This document shows, one piece after another, positions 24,980 to 38,689 of a stretch of DNA of 64,000 bases. The stretch covers positions 62,001 to 126,000 of the forward strand of contig NOWV01000121.1 in NCBI GenBank assembly GCA_003344405.1, written 5' to 3'. Numbering within the stretch: the first letter of the stretch is position 1; each line of letters opens with the position of its first letter. A model generated the notes under the pieces. That model saw nothing but the letters and a program-made list of their open reading frames with translations, searched no databases and was not told the origin of the DNA. The position numbers were made by a program, and so were the translations under genes. The DNA is from Trichoplax sp. H2. Taxonomy: Eukaryota.

Positions 24980-27900
24980 TTTTTATAAGATGTAAAAATT
25001 AAACTTGAAAATATTTCCCTAAACGAGAGATACTATCAAATATTAATAGCCACGGTAGCTTCAGTAAATTAAAGGATTCTATTCGGAAGAAGTAAAAATA
25101 ACGGCGTTTATTAATATCCAGAGACCTGAATTCATCACAATGACAACAGACTTCTTTATTTCTACTCACAACCGTTCTTTTATCATATTGCATATGCATT
25201 TCTTTTAAAATTGTTAACATAAAAGTAATTACTGAAGTTACCGATACGCCTTCTTCCAAAAATTAAACTTAAAAAATATTAAACATATTACTCAAATGCG
25301 TAATTTTAACTTGTGAGCTATTAGAGAATTATTTTCTACGATGAGATAGATAATTAATACTTTACTCACGACATGTCATTGACTTTTTAATACTGCAATA
25401 AATATAATTCAACCGAAAATTAGGAGTAGATAAAGCGAAAAATACAATAGTCCTCTCATTTTTTCTCTGAATTCAGGTATACTCTAGATTTATTAAAAAT
25501 AAAATACTTGCAGCTAATATCAAGTTACTGAATGTACACAAGTTCTACTTCAACGACAAATAAACTAGTCAGCGATGCAAAATTTTTCACTCTGCTATGC
25601 TTTGATATTAAAACTGCGAACTACTCCTTTAAATAGGCAAGGGCTTAACTATTATACTGCTTAGTTATACGCATATATGCGTAGTACTAAATACTTATAT
25701 TCTAAAAATCTTTTCGTTTTAGAAGTCCATTCAATATGAATTTAATAAGAAAATCTACATATACAGCTGAGCTTTACGCACTTTTAGGATCACCACGGAA
25801 ATATATTAGTATCTTAACTAACATTAAGGGACATTGATATCTAACTAAAATTACAAATTAGTCCAAAGTAATTTTTAAATTTATCGACAACAAAAGAGAT
25901 CCTGTGATAAGCTGGGTCTTAAATTTTATAATTACATCGTATCGCACCATAAAGGAAACGCTATCGAATATAATGTATTTAAGCTTCCATCAATACACAG
26001 TTTAGTAAAATAATTTCTTAAATGATTAATTTTCAATTAAGTGAAATAGGGTTTATATAAATCATTAGATTTTTACTAATTTCAAGACGTAAAATTGTTT
26101 ATGTCGGCTCATAGAATATAACAGAATAAAAAGTAAGATTATTAAAATAATGCGGTATATTATTATCTCCCTTGATGAAAGTAGGCCATATCAATTGATA
26201 AAAATTAGAACACATGCAAACATAAATGTGGATAACTGGTATTTAAAATAAAATTCAAAAAAATGGATAACCAGGCGATCAGAGTGCCTTATGGAAGAAA
26301 TATTTTCTTCTAGATTCATAATACTTATTTGTTAAGGTGTATTTATAGTCTTACTTGATACTTATATGCGTACAGTACTATGACTAATACTATATAGTCT
26401 GATATTTCTAAAAGTACTGACAACATAGGCTGTGATTCTTTACAAAATAAGAAGATGCTATTACGGCAGATTAAAACTGAAACTAAAACCACTTACTGTT
26501 AAAGAAGTCAACCTGGTAGTTAGTTCACAATTTATAATGCTTAAGGAATCGTATTATTAGAAAAGTGTGAAATATAAATTATTATTCACACTACCTATAA
26601 TTAAAAACAGGGTTTACTATAATTATCTTAGAGTGAAATCTAAATCCATTCAATAATCCAATCCTATTAGACATCTTAATAATCAATGTATGCTCGTGTG
26701 TTTCTAAGCACTAGGAAAATTATTAGCGGATTCCAAATTGTACCTGGTACGGCGCTGTTACTACACTCTACCGTACCTTCGCTTTATATTAATAAAATAT
26801 TATTACAACAATATACCAGTATCATTGTTAAAGGAATCATTATATAATTAGTAAAACGTTCCAAAGACATTTACTACATACCATCAACAAATATTATCAG
26901 TATAATTAACGTATGTATACTTCTCTCTAATGAAACTTGAAGAAAGTAGGGAGTATTAAATTTGGTAAGAATGTTTTCAACATTACCATTCCTCTTATAT
27001 GTATAATATTGTAAGCTAATACTACTTAAATATAATTGGTATAATCTAGGACGTAAATATGTTAAAATAAAATTATGATTTAAGGAAAAATCATCGACTA
27101 AGAAAATTGATAATTTAAAATACTTTTAAAATTTTATTTACAACGTACCCAGACTGAATCCAACGCAGGACAACAGAAGAGCGATATAACTGTAGGATGA
27201 TCTGTAGTTCACTGTAATTAATAGAAAATTTAGTATTCTTTCATTTTTGTTCCAGACTAATAAAAATGGATGATTTATTTGATTAGTCAATTCGTTTATT
27301 ATTCGGCGTTTTTTTTTTATATGCAGCAGTGAAATACTAGTATCGTACACAATATTTATTATTTCAATCTGTATAGAAAATAAACGCATAATCAAGATCA
27401 ACATTTGTTTAATTCCATCCAAGTAAAGCATGGTTGATTAATTATAGCGCGATAGTATGTTTAGATTTATAATAATGGAAAAAGGCAGAGGCAAAACAAT
27501 GAATACTATACTGAATAAAGCTAATGATAAGTTGCTAACATTAGCCTTATGATTATAAATAAGTTTAAATTAATTTACAATAATATTAACATAGAGAATA
27601 ATGAATATTTTTATAATTGATAATGGCAATTAAAAATGTTTTTTCTACAAGATTTAATGTTTTATTTCAATTATAGATCCTTAAATTTATCGATTGTATT
27701 GCAATCAATACGTATTAAGTTATACCTATAATACGATAGTTACCAGTAATTGATGTGGTATTTTCCTGTACCATTTCACCCTTTTCTCACTCAGTTATTC
27801 ATCTAACCATGAATACCTTATTCTATTTTTATGGTCAAACATTTGGATATTTCGTCTCATTTTTGCGTGATTGTTAGTGTAATAAAGTTGCAGTATACGA

Positions 27901-28677
27901 CTGACACGTACTGGACGTACAAGCCGTTTTTTTATCTAGTGTTAAATAACCCTTAACCGGTTTGCATATGCCTGTTTTCCTGTCAAAAGACAATTTCTTA
28001 ATAAATTGGAGTATTGCACTAATTCTGGTTAGGGGGTGAAAAGACTACGTTATTATCCCTATCGAGAGGCGACCGGATGAAGAGAAGCTATCTCTTTTTT
28101 GCGTGGGAACATATAATTGTTTACTGACGCAAAAACAGAATAACCGGATAAGGTCTTTATCATCCTTTCTAATCTTTAGCAAGGCTATCGCAATGATAAT
28201 AATAAAGGGAACTTTTGAACTATCATCATTTTGCATTGCATAAACAAAAGACTACTGACAAACCTTAGTTATAAGTTTTCAGAAGAGATAGCTAACAATT
28301 AATAGTAAACAATTTATGTAATATACGCGTAGAAAGCTAAATTCCCGATGTGTTTACTCATTACGGACGGGTTACTGCGGATATAACTAATCGCAGATTT
28401 ATATACTAGTTCATTAAAAACATTTATAAAACGCTGCTTAGGCATCTCACAACGCAAACGTTTAGCGTAATTAATGCTTATTTATTGAAGAGATCATGAT
28501 AACTTCTTGTATGTATATGCACAATACTCCGTAAATTGCAACAATAAACACAGCAGTAGGGAAATATCACCGTATATATGTAAGGTAGAGAGGGAATAAT
28601 TGCTTGCTATCTATATCAGTTTACAGCACAATTTGTAATCAAAAATCGAACGTTAATATTTCCTATCGAATTTTTTT

Positions 28678-31600
28678 CTAAATTATTGCTGGCAAAATCT
28701 TTCCACGGCAATCTCCAAATCCAATATGGTAACCATCTCCTTCACAACGTCCATTTATAATGACTTCATCTCCATCCTGTAAGAATTTGCGCGTTATGCC
28801 ATTACCAAGATCTAATGGTTTGGTTCCCTTCCAGCTAAGCTCTAGTAACGAGCCTAACGAGTCCGGAGTCTAAAAAGGATATAATGATATTCAATTACTA
28901 TAAAAATGTTGGACAATGGTGCAAAGGAATGTAGAACATGAATCAACTATATTGCGCTTCAGCGTACAGTTCCGCTTATGGTGCCTGATGCGAGTAAATC
29001 CCCAGGTTGAATGTTACATCCAGTTATAGTATGATGAGCAAGTTGTTGTTTCATTGTCCAATACAAGTACTAAATTTAAAAGAACCAAGGGTTACTTCAT
29101 TATATATAATTCATTGATCTCAATTTAAATGGTGCCATGTAGTAAACACCTCTGAATATCAATTTTATTAACAAATGAAGGTACCTTCGGATTAGATCGA
29201 CAGATGACAGCTGGATCGGATAATCCGTCAACTAGAAAGAAATAAATCAGATCCACAAAGTTGGTATGGTACTAATGAAAATTCTATATCTACAATTAAG
29301 TCTTTGCCAATAGGAGAATCATTATGATACCATTCAAAGAGACCGACAAGTTGATATCAAAGCTATAAGGATCATCATGACATAAATAGGGTAATGGCTG
29401 AGGATCCTATCATACGTGGAAATGCGATTATCATGTGAATTTAAAGCTATATATAATTTTACTTCCATGATACTACTGCTTTCAATAGAACAACAAGGGA
29501 ATACCTGCTGCACATTTTGGCATTTGAAAGGCTCAAGTGCCTCCATTGTGACAACCCATGGTGAAATTGTAGTTCCAAAATTCTTGCCTAAGAAAGGGCC
29601 AAGAGGAACATATTCCCATTTTTGGATATCCCTAGCTAAGATACACATGCATCCGTTAGAACCGACTTGATCAAATCAAAATGGAAGCTAGTTATCGGTC
29701 TCATTATAATATAAAAAAAATAGTAAAGGAAATTGATTGTAAATCGAGAGACTTTACAGATAGAATATTGTTGCAAAATTATGAAAGTGTTATCTTTTTA
29801 TAATGTCGTATCGAAGAAAATCAATGACTATTTACCACTCCAATCATTCATCAAAACCATTCCGAAGATATGATCGTCCGCCTGGTTTAGAATAATAATG
29901 GTAAGCAATAGAAAGAATTACCGAATTCTAACTATAGATATCGATGCACGGTATACCTTTGCTGATGGAATAGGCTCACCAAGTTTATTACCAGGACCTG
30001 TGAAGAATGCCTATGACATCAAAGAAATGATTTCGATTTTTAACTGCTCGCTATGTGCTACGGAAATGATAAGTTAAAAATTTATTATTATGCTATATTG
30101 GTAACTTGCCATTTCTAGTTCGATATCTAGCAACCTACAGGCTCCAAATACAGGTGGCTTAGCTAAACCATGGCATCAATGCGGAAGATTTAGCAATCTT
30201 ATTAAGCATCAATTTTTAGCTATGCAGTCATGTTGCACTTACTTTCGTCTGGCCTAGTTTGCCCACATGGTCTTCGAATAGGGGTACCCGAAACGACAAC
30301 AGATGAAGCACGTCCATGGTAGCCAACAGGCAAATGCACCCTATGAAATCGTAGGCAAATCGAATTTTATTGATTACCTTCAGATAACTACAAAAAGTAA
30401 ATAAGATCTTGACAAAGCTCCTTTTCAAGGTTTAAACAGACCAGTTCGGCATTAAAGCATTTTCTTTTCCACGAAACATCGTACCAACATTGGTTGCATG
30501 TTCACGAGAAGAATAAAAGTCTGTATAGTCGCCGATACGAGATGGCAAATGAAGCTGGACGTCAGCCATAGAGTATAAGCATCTTTGTTGCATATACATA
30601 AATAATATGTTAGGAATCAGGTTGTACAACACAAGCAAAAATCAATGTAAGGCATGATTGAAAAAAATATCCATTAAAGTACGTTCCTACTATAGGGGCT
30701 TTAAAACAAACTTACTTTGATCGAAGTTTACCATCATCACGGATAATCCCCTACAGTCAACAGTAGAAAATTTTACATTGCAGACTAACAGTGTAGTGTT
30801 CCGACAAGACAATAGCAATATGTTATTGCGTGCATAAGCCTACTTCATTTGCAGCAAGAAGTCGTTGAATAGTTGCTCTAGCTTCTTTCCAAGCATCGCG
30901 GCCCAATCCCATAAATGAATTCAGAGACGACTGTAAGAAAATTGGGAATTATTATATACCCGTACAAGGTGATCATTATCGAAGTCATTGGTAAAAGTAG
31001 TTTCATTTTAGCTTCTGCAATATCGTGATATAACGGTATTCTGTTGCACTACACTTAAGAGTACATCAGTAAAAGTGTCCATGTAATCTAAGAATAGCAG
31101 CCAATAATAACCTCGTTAAATACAGCAGCATTTTTGCTCATGATAGGACCCGTAAATAGATTTTGTACCACGCTGAGATCGAGGACATGCTCTCCAATGG
31201 CAACACCTACGCGAGGACGTGCCTGATTGAAATTGTATGATTGCAAATGGTTAGTGTCAATCCATAATCAATGATTTAAAGTTAAGCATATACAATTGTC
31301 ATTTATCATTATCGCTGCATTGATATATCATTTCTTTCTTACAGTTAATCACTGCCCTAGATCCAAGATACTTTCTAGGATCTATTGCATGATTAATCTA
31401 CCAACAGTCTTCTCCGTTGTGCATTTATACACAGCCCACTGCATAGTAGCTATTATCCTTATGGTAATTTGTAATTGATTGAATAGAAAAAATAAAGTAA
31501 ACCTGCCTACCTACATGACTACAACACTTTCCGATGATACGGCACTAGAGTGCAACGATGTAATGACTTATCCTGTAGACAAGCCTATCGGCAATGGGTT

Positions 31601-31835
31601 CGACATGACTGTACTCTTGAGCAACAAGCGATCACATTTGCTGGCAACAGCAGTACACTCAGTACAGTAGTGCGTTGGTCTGACTCCATTGCTCGAAATA
31701 CGTCTAGCTGGATAATATGTATTTATTGATGGATTGATATCAAATTAGACTTACGTTATCCTGCGAGGTAAAGATGCCGTATGGTAGATTTTGGATAGGA
31801 AAGTCGCTATCCTTATGCACATAGAGGAATGACAT
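28678..31835 (-). CDS. FAH: Fumarylacetoacetase (~417 aa)
   Basis: 14 exons: 31835-31755, 31222-31112, 30930-30844, 30750-30716, 30582-30442, 30340-30243, 30162-30110, 30010-29957, 29881-29836, 29635-29505, 29406-29331, 29231-29185, 29069-28968, 28869-28678. Motifs [55 protein letters not shown]. Confidence 0.97.
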
Positions 31836-31939
31836 GTCTGAAGTCTTCAAAAGTACCCCAATGCTAATAGGCAGAATCAGCAAAAAGCGTGAACGGATTA
31901 GCAAGCTGCAAAAGCTGTAAAGTAAAAAGGACAACTGTG

Positions 31940-32870
31940 TAACTGTACAGTACCGTACCAGGGCTGGTAAGAGAAATACGGTACAGTACAGTACAGTATA
32001 GTACTGTACTGTATCACCAGCGAGGGTGCGACTATGGGTTCGACATCTTGCAGCGTACAGTACAGTACAGTACAGTACATATGTACAGTACTGTACACTG
32101 TATAGTACAGTACAGTACTGTACTGTACAACAACTACGGTAAGGCTCACAATGCAGGACTACAGTACCGCACGCTGTACTGTATACAGTACTGTACTGTA
32201 CTGTACAGTACAACAACTGCTGTCAGGCTCACAGTGCAGGACTACAGTACTTACTAGCCTACAGTACGTACGTGTACAGTACAGTACTGTATTGTACTGT
32301 AGAATTTTCTTCTACGCAGTACTGTACTGTACTGTACTGTATCACCAGCGAGAGTGCGACTATGGATTCGACTTTGGGCGACATCTTGCAGCGTACAGTA
32401 CATACAGTACTGTACAGTACTGTATGTACACTGTACAGTACACTGTACAGTACGTTACACTGTATAGTACAGTACAGTACTGTACAACAACTACGGTAAG
32501 GCTCACAATGCAGGACTACAGTACTTACTAGCCTACAGTACGTACAGTACTGTACAGTACTGTACAGTATTGTAGAATTTTCTTCTACGCTGTACAGTAC
32601 AGTACTGTAGTCTCTCCTTTTAAGGTCCACTATGATACGCGAGCTGGAATACAGTATACTGTATACTGTACACTAGAGACCCTCTATAGTACAGTACAGT
32701 AAAGCTCACAAGGCAGGACTACAGTGCTACAGCACAGTACTTACTAGCCTACAGTAGCCCATACTGTCAAGGAAGTACTGTAGAATTGACTGTACACTGT
32801 AGTCTCTCCTTTTAAGGTCTCTACTACATCTTACAGTACACTAACTGTTATACTGTACAGTGTACAGTAT
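31940..32870. repeat. TACAG/CTGTA satellite with duplicated unique modules, filling the FAH/FOPNL divergent interval
   Basis: Near-continuous pentamer runs in both orientations. Module tatcaccagcgag..gcgactatgg..gacatcttgcagcg occurs twice (~32012, ~32340) and aggctcaca(a/g)tgcaggactacagt four times (~32141, ~32225, ~32499, ~32702, the last diverged). Confidence 0.92.
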
Positions 32871-32915
32871 ATTAGTGATATATCGCCAGTTGATTGGACA
32901 GACAATATTGGCGGG

Positions 32916-34659
32916 ATGGCAAACGTGGACGAGTTGACGAATGGTTTGTGCATTATAGAATAGATTATAGATTATATATGTCATATATACTGTATGTATA
33001 TTAATACGATATAGACCTACAGTAGATATTGTGTATATTTATTTATGAAACTAAAAAATTCAATTTCATTCAGGCTCAATTTATCAGCTGTCAGCTAACT
33101 AAGCAACTATACCATACAATATACAGCAATGGACAACAAATGAAATGATTAGAAATAGAATTTGCTTTTAATTGACGCTCATTATATTATTATTGACAGT
33201 GCTTTGGTATACTGTACCTATACACGTATTTCATCAGATACGTAGTTTCGTGGAGGACGATGCTTATATTGTAGAAAGAGATAGCTGCATCAGGGTAGCA
33301 ACAGCATTAGCAAGTTATAATATATATCTTAAACTTTATTTACAATAGTGGTGAAGGACACGCTGGTGAATCGAGGTGTTTTAGGCCAATTAAAAGCAAG
33401 GATAAGAGCAGAAGTCTACAAAGCTTTAGATAATCAGGTTAGATCAGCCCCGTTCAATCGCTGATGGCTACACTATTATACACGTACTGTATACTACATG
33501 TACGCATTCCAGTACATGGTCATTTTTATTTTATATCAACTTACAATGAAGTAACTTAGCAATGTCGAGTATCTTGGATACGTATTTTAATTAATTAATT
33601 AGTATAATCAACTTTTAACATGACAAAGCTCGTCAATCTTGTATCTACTGTATTATCTTTATAAGTCTGAAACTACAGCTATTTATGCGACACTAGGAGG
33701 TACCAAAGCCAAAGCTGCCTGCCGAAAATGTTTTAATAAACGAATTAATCAGGGAATATCTGGAATATAATAACTACAAGTACACCGAATCGGTGCTGAT
33801 AGCTGGTAATTTCAACTCTTACTTTTCTAGTAGTCCGCAACTTACAGTAGTGAATGTACACACGCCCTTTGCAACAGATTTCACACAAGTTTAGCAATTA
33901 ATGAATTATACACAGAAATGATTGTAACTGATAGTTAATTTAGGCCATAATTGGCACTACGACTATGTAGTCATACTGAAAATGTAGACGTCTAAACTGT
34001 TTGATGTTACTTCAACTTCTCTTTATGCTACTAGAATCTGATCAGCCGCAAAAATCACTAGGTAGAAGTTTCGTTATGGATGAACTAAATATTGCTCAGG
34101 ATATGCTCGAACCTAGCGGTAGAATGTAAGTTCATCCCTTGCTGACGTTACTCATAAGCTAACTACAGTATATGGATATGATTGTAGTTTTCTAATACTT
34201 GACCCAATTCTATAGGCCTTTGTTGTACAACATTATATCTTATTTTATGAAAGTAAAACCGTTTCATGAACACTCAACCGATGAAGGAGTTTTAGGAAAT
34301 AGACAGAATGCTTATAAAATCTTAGGTAGGCTAAAATTGAATGCCAAACGTCATGCGAATATAAATATCGATTAAATACTCAAATTAATATAGTGTTGAA
34401 TCGAATGAATCATAGTATATACTCTACACAGAACTCACCCTGTTTGTAATATGTTAATAATATCATGCTAATTTTATTGACTATGCACCTGACGGTGGAA
34501 TAACGTTCTTAGTTACTAGTTAGTAGCGATTTATCATTATAGTGATGCCTTAAAATGTATGACATTTATTATTTAGGAGGTCAAACGAGAGATGAAACCT
34601 CATCGGATCTTCATTCTTTCAGTCGCTTAGGGCCTTCCACTATAAGTAATAATAATTAG
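32916..34659 (+). CDS. FOPNL: LisH domain-containing FOP-like centrosomal protein (FOR20/CEP20)
   Basis: Exons 32916-32943, 33349-33437, 33697-33805, 34035-34125, 34216-34325, 34577-34659. Protein MANVDELTNVVKDTLVNRGVLGQLKARIRAEVYKALD...ENVLINELIREYLEYNNYKYTESVLIAE...PLLYNII. The last exon is less certain. Confidence 0.9.
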
Positions 34660-35598
34660 GGGCAACCAGCATTGTTAGATTGATAATACGAATAAGTAAA
34701 TGTAAAAATTGTTATACTGTTGTACATTTTTAAGCTTTTCGTGACGCACTTCTCATTTGTTTGAGTTTTGGTCATTACATGTACATGTACATTCCCTGAT
34801 ATTATTCAAGTTCTAGACACAATTATACGTGTGTCGTTATAGTAAATACCTAGAATGTGCGCGAATATGTACCTAAAAGTTTGCAGTAAACGCACTGGTT
34901 ATTATTAAGCAATGATGGAAAACCTTGAAAAATTTTAGCTATTTTTAATCTTTCGCTAATTTAAATTAAATTTATTTACTATCTTAACATTAAATTTTTT
35001 TTCAATAATGTCTTGATGTAAAACTTATAATGCACGTAAAAAATTGCCGTATTGTTATCATAAGACGTGAAAGTCGATAGCTCAATACAATTTCACCCAC
35101 GAAAGAGTGAAATTCTGCTACATTGAAATACATCAATAGAGTTATTCAACTGTTGTGGAATAATACTGTAGCTTACAATGGAAAGCCGATGAAAGGTGTT
35201 CGATTGACTGCAGTTAGTTTCGTCTTTAGTTACGCAACCTTCTGAAATTAAACTTTTTGCAACGCTTACGAATTGATTTCTTGGACGCTTTTAAATGTAT
35301 GCCTTTTAGGCCAAATCTAAAAAGTAGCAAATGCATGCAAATAACTGCTTTCATTACTACTACATCATCCCATATCTTCAGATTCCGGGGCAATGGTGCC
35401 TTACCAAGATAACAATTAATGTTAATATCTTTTCCAATAGTCATCTGAAGGCAGATAGTAACGTTGCATCCTTCTTAAAGCATGTTCAATTATAAATCGT
35501 TTTAATATTTACTTATCAATAGTTTACAATAATACATTAACATCGAAAATTTAAAGGAAAGATAATGTTGAGTGAATACAGCAAAAAAAATATTAAGT

Positions 35599-38533
35599 TT
35601 AAGGTTTCCACAAACGAAGCTGACAATCTTCACTGAATGTGCAAATGATATTTTGATGCGGATGATGCTCCACTCCAATAACATCCTTGTCGTGTGCCTA
35701 ATTGACCAATATTCACTATCTTTAGTTTGGTGTTATTGAAATAATAATTGCAATCAATCTCAAAACTGGAGCTTACCGTTAAAGTTCCTTCAAGCTTACC
35801 GCTTGTAGCATTAAAAAAGTACAACACTTTATCTTCACCTATACAATAAATCCACTCTCCTCTTGGGGATACAGAACAACACATAAAATCGCCACCTTCG
35901 CGTTTACCTGACGTAAAGCTACGAATAATCTAAGTATAACATTAAACATCATACATAACTCGTTAATACCACTTGTAAGTACATTTAATTATAATTATAG
36001 ATAATAAGCCAATCGATGAGTATAAATAGCAATGTACATACCTGTCCTTGAATATTCATAATCAATACAGTACTAGTACGGCTGCACACAATAAATTGAT
36101 CCACGCTACGAGGTAACAAAGCTACGGAATTTATTGTAATTTCTGTAGTGACATTGCCGATTGCAGGCTTGATAGTATTAAGGCATTCCGTTGTTTTCGT
36201 ACTCCAAATCTACAGTTTTATTAAAATATGATAACAGAAATAACGTATCAGCTGCTAAGCAAAACATTAAAAGACGCAACTTGGAAGGCCTACTTTAACG
36301 GTGCCATCGCTACTTGCACTAATAATTTGATGCCCGTCAGCACTGTAAATAGCTTTATTCACGAACGACGTATGACCGCGAAACTCTTTCAAAGTTTTCC
36401 CAGATTTCAAGCCATGAATTCTAAATGCGATTTGTTGAATTAAAATTTATCATCAGTTGATAAACATCTATTGCAATGATTACAATATTAGCAGTTTACC
36501 TAATTGCTTGATCAAACGATGCACTAAGCAATTGGCTTGAATCTCGAGAAAAACATAGTGATGTAACGCCTTTTGTATGTGCATGCTCAAACCTTCTCAG
36601 GCATTGACCACTTTGTAGTTTCCAGACCTACGTGAACATGATACAGTCTATTTAGCAGTTATCTACAACACTGCAGACCGCCTCTAATTATAGCTATTCT
36701 CAAATTAAGCCTGATATCGAAACTTTCTTACCTTGATCTTACCCCCTTGACTACCAGTAGCTAGCATCTCGCTATCTCTGCTAAAGCATAGGCACAATAC
36801 CGCGTCGTTCATGAGCATAAAGTTGTTCTAATTGAATGATATAAATGAAACTCAATAACCCTAAAAATAAAATTGTACCTTAGTTGATGATCGAAACCGT
36901 ATTACCTCAGCTTGATATTTTAAATCTTTCCTTATCTTTCCAGTGACGAAATTCCAGACTTCAATAAATCCATCAATTGTACCAGTGACCAAATATTGCC
37001 CGTCAGGTGAGAAACAAGCGCACTCTACCAGGGACTTTTGTCCAAACTGCGTTAAAAATATTTTAGCGTACGAACAGAAGGTATTAGAGAATCATTACAA
37101 AAGCTCATGAAATTGCATAAAGAATGCAGCTTAATCAGACCTTGATAGTACGATTTAATTGTGTAGGGTATTTCTCCTCTTCTTCTCCTTTTACAGATGC
37201 CTTTCCCCTGAAAACATCAATAGACGTACCAGGAGGTAGCAATCCCTGATGTTGTTGCCATTTGAGAGCCTGACCAATTAAAGCTAACAATCTAGATGGA
37301 GGAACCACCGTAACTTCGCTAGATAGGGCTGAATTTCAGATTCAAAGTTTAGTATCGAAGTATAAAAATTTATTTAAGAATATATCAATGTGTAAAACCT
37401 TGAGCTATAGCATGTCTTCTTTTTTCTTTGCTACTGCCATCAGGATAAGCCTTTAATTATTAAAAATATAAAATATACAATGAAGCCTAAAGAAAATACA
37501 GTACAGCAAGAACATACGGGTATTCTAAACAAAGTACTACTGGTAGTATAACATTGATATTGATACAACACTTGCAATGATTCATACTTCTTTAGAGTCA
37601 AAGTAAGGGCGTGCCAATAAATTTTCTAAGTGTAAATATCTATCCGGTTGCTGATCCTTAAGCTTAATCATTGGATCAGTTTGACGCAGCAATGAGCGAG
37701 CCGCTCCAAGTTCTCTCATTTCAATAAGGTCTATGACAATCTGTACAATGCATTCGTTAAAAATCCTTCTTTCTATAGGCCATGTTTCATTTCATTTACA
37801 AATACAGTAATTTATAATTTATACTATAGTAAAAGTGCCGATATAAACAGTACAATCGTGAATACTTTTTATTTATTACCTGCTCGTATAGGTCAATTAA
37901 CTTCTTATCCGACAAGCGCAGTGACTGAATAGCCTGAAGGACGCTATCCCAGTGTCCATTATGAATTTCTGAAACAAAACTTTCCACACTGTCTACGGTG
38001 TTGAGAGCAATTGCCGATTCCTCCTACACATAATTGCATAGACGTATTACCGACTGCAATAAAAGCTTCAATACGTACTTTAGATATAGCATCTACTGAA
38101 ATTTTTCGAAATTTATTTGCATAACTAAAACATGAAAGTGTTACGCGCAATTACTAGTACGAGAAGTTAATTTATATAGATACGTAGGCAGTCAATGTCG
38201 AGGATATTTATCAACGTTAAGGAAAACAGTAAGATACACGTAGCTACTTCATACCTGTAATGTTGCCAAAGAGCGTAGCAGATTATTCTCCTTTAGGTAC
38301 TGTTGGATAAGCCGAATGACGCTGCAATACGTATGCATATCATCAATTGAAAATAGATACGCATTGTAAAACATACATCTCGATATTTTTGCATTGCAAA
38401 TAGAACTTCAATATAAATAAACTATACTGTACTGGAGTATGCTATAGATATACTTAAGCATTCTATAAAATACAAAAGAAGATCATTTGAAGCAGGTGCA
38501 TACTAACTCGGTTGACTCAACTTCCAATGCCAT
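35599..38533 (-). CDS. SMU1: WD40 repeat-containing spliceosomal protein SMU1 (513 aa)
   Basis: 13 exons: 38533-38508, 38321-38255, 38023-37880, 37740-37588, 37450-37399, 37328-37141, 37046-36906, 36827-36732, 36627-36500, 36420-36294, 36209-36042, 35929-35777, 35697-35599. [21 protein letters not shown] (LisH), GHWDSVLQ, C-terminal LRLWKP. Confidence 0.97.
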
Positions 38534-38689
38534 TCTGAAATTTCAATCAGTGTTCAGTCTTAGTGCTCCGATATCTGAACTGTAAATTAAGTTAATCCAA
38601 GGAACTTTTTATTTTACCGTTAATAAATTAATTACAAAAAATACAGTGCTGTAAATAGCGCTGTAATGATTAAAATGTTCTAATAAAAT

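Noticed and set aside
24999-28236. Short ORFs at 24999, 27138 and 28045
   Set aside because: No recognisable domains or consistent splice chains; AT-rich intergenic DNA or 5' UTR introns of the orphan gene.
5470-31835. Amino-acid catabolism cluster (MCCC2 + FAH)
   Set aside because: Different pathways (Leu versus Tyr), 18 kb apart with unrelated genes between them.
32030-32050. tRNA/SINE B-box-like gggttcgacatc (similar 13-mer at ~31594)
   Set aside because: No cloverleaf or properly spaced A-box, and the second module copy disrupts the motif.
31898-32630. ORFs rich in YCTVQYSTV (also ~3.6k, 4.6-5.3k, 38.8-40k, 50.1-50.9k, 60-61k)
   Set aside because: These are translations of the stop-poor TACAG/CTGTA satellite in several overlapping frames, not proteins.
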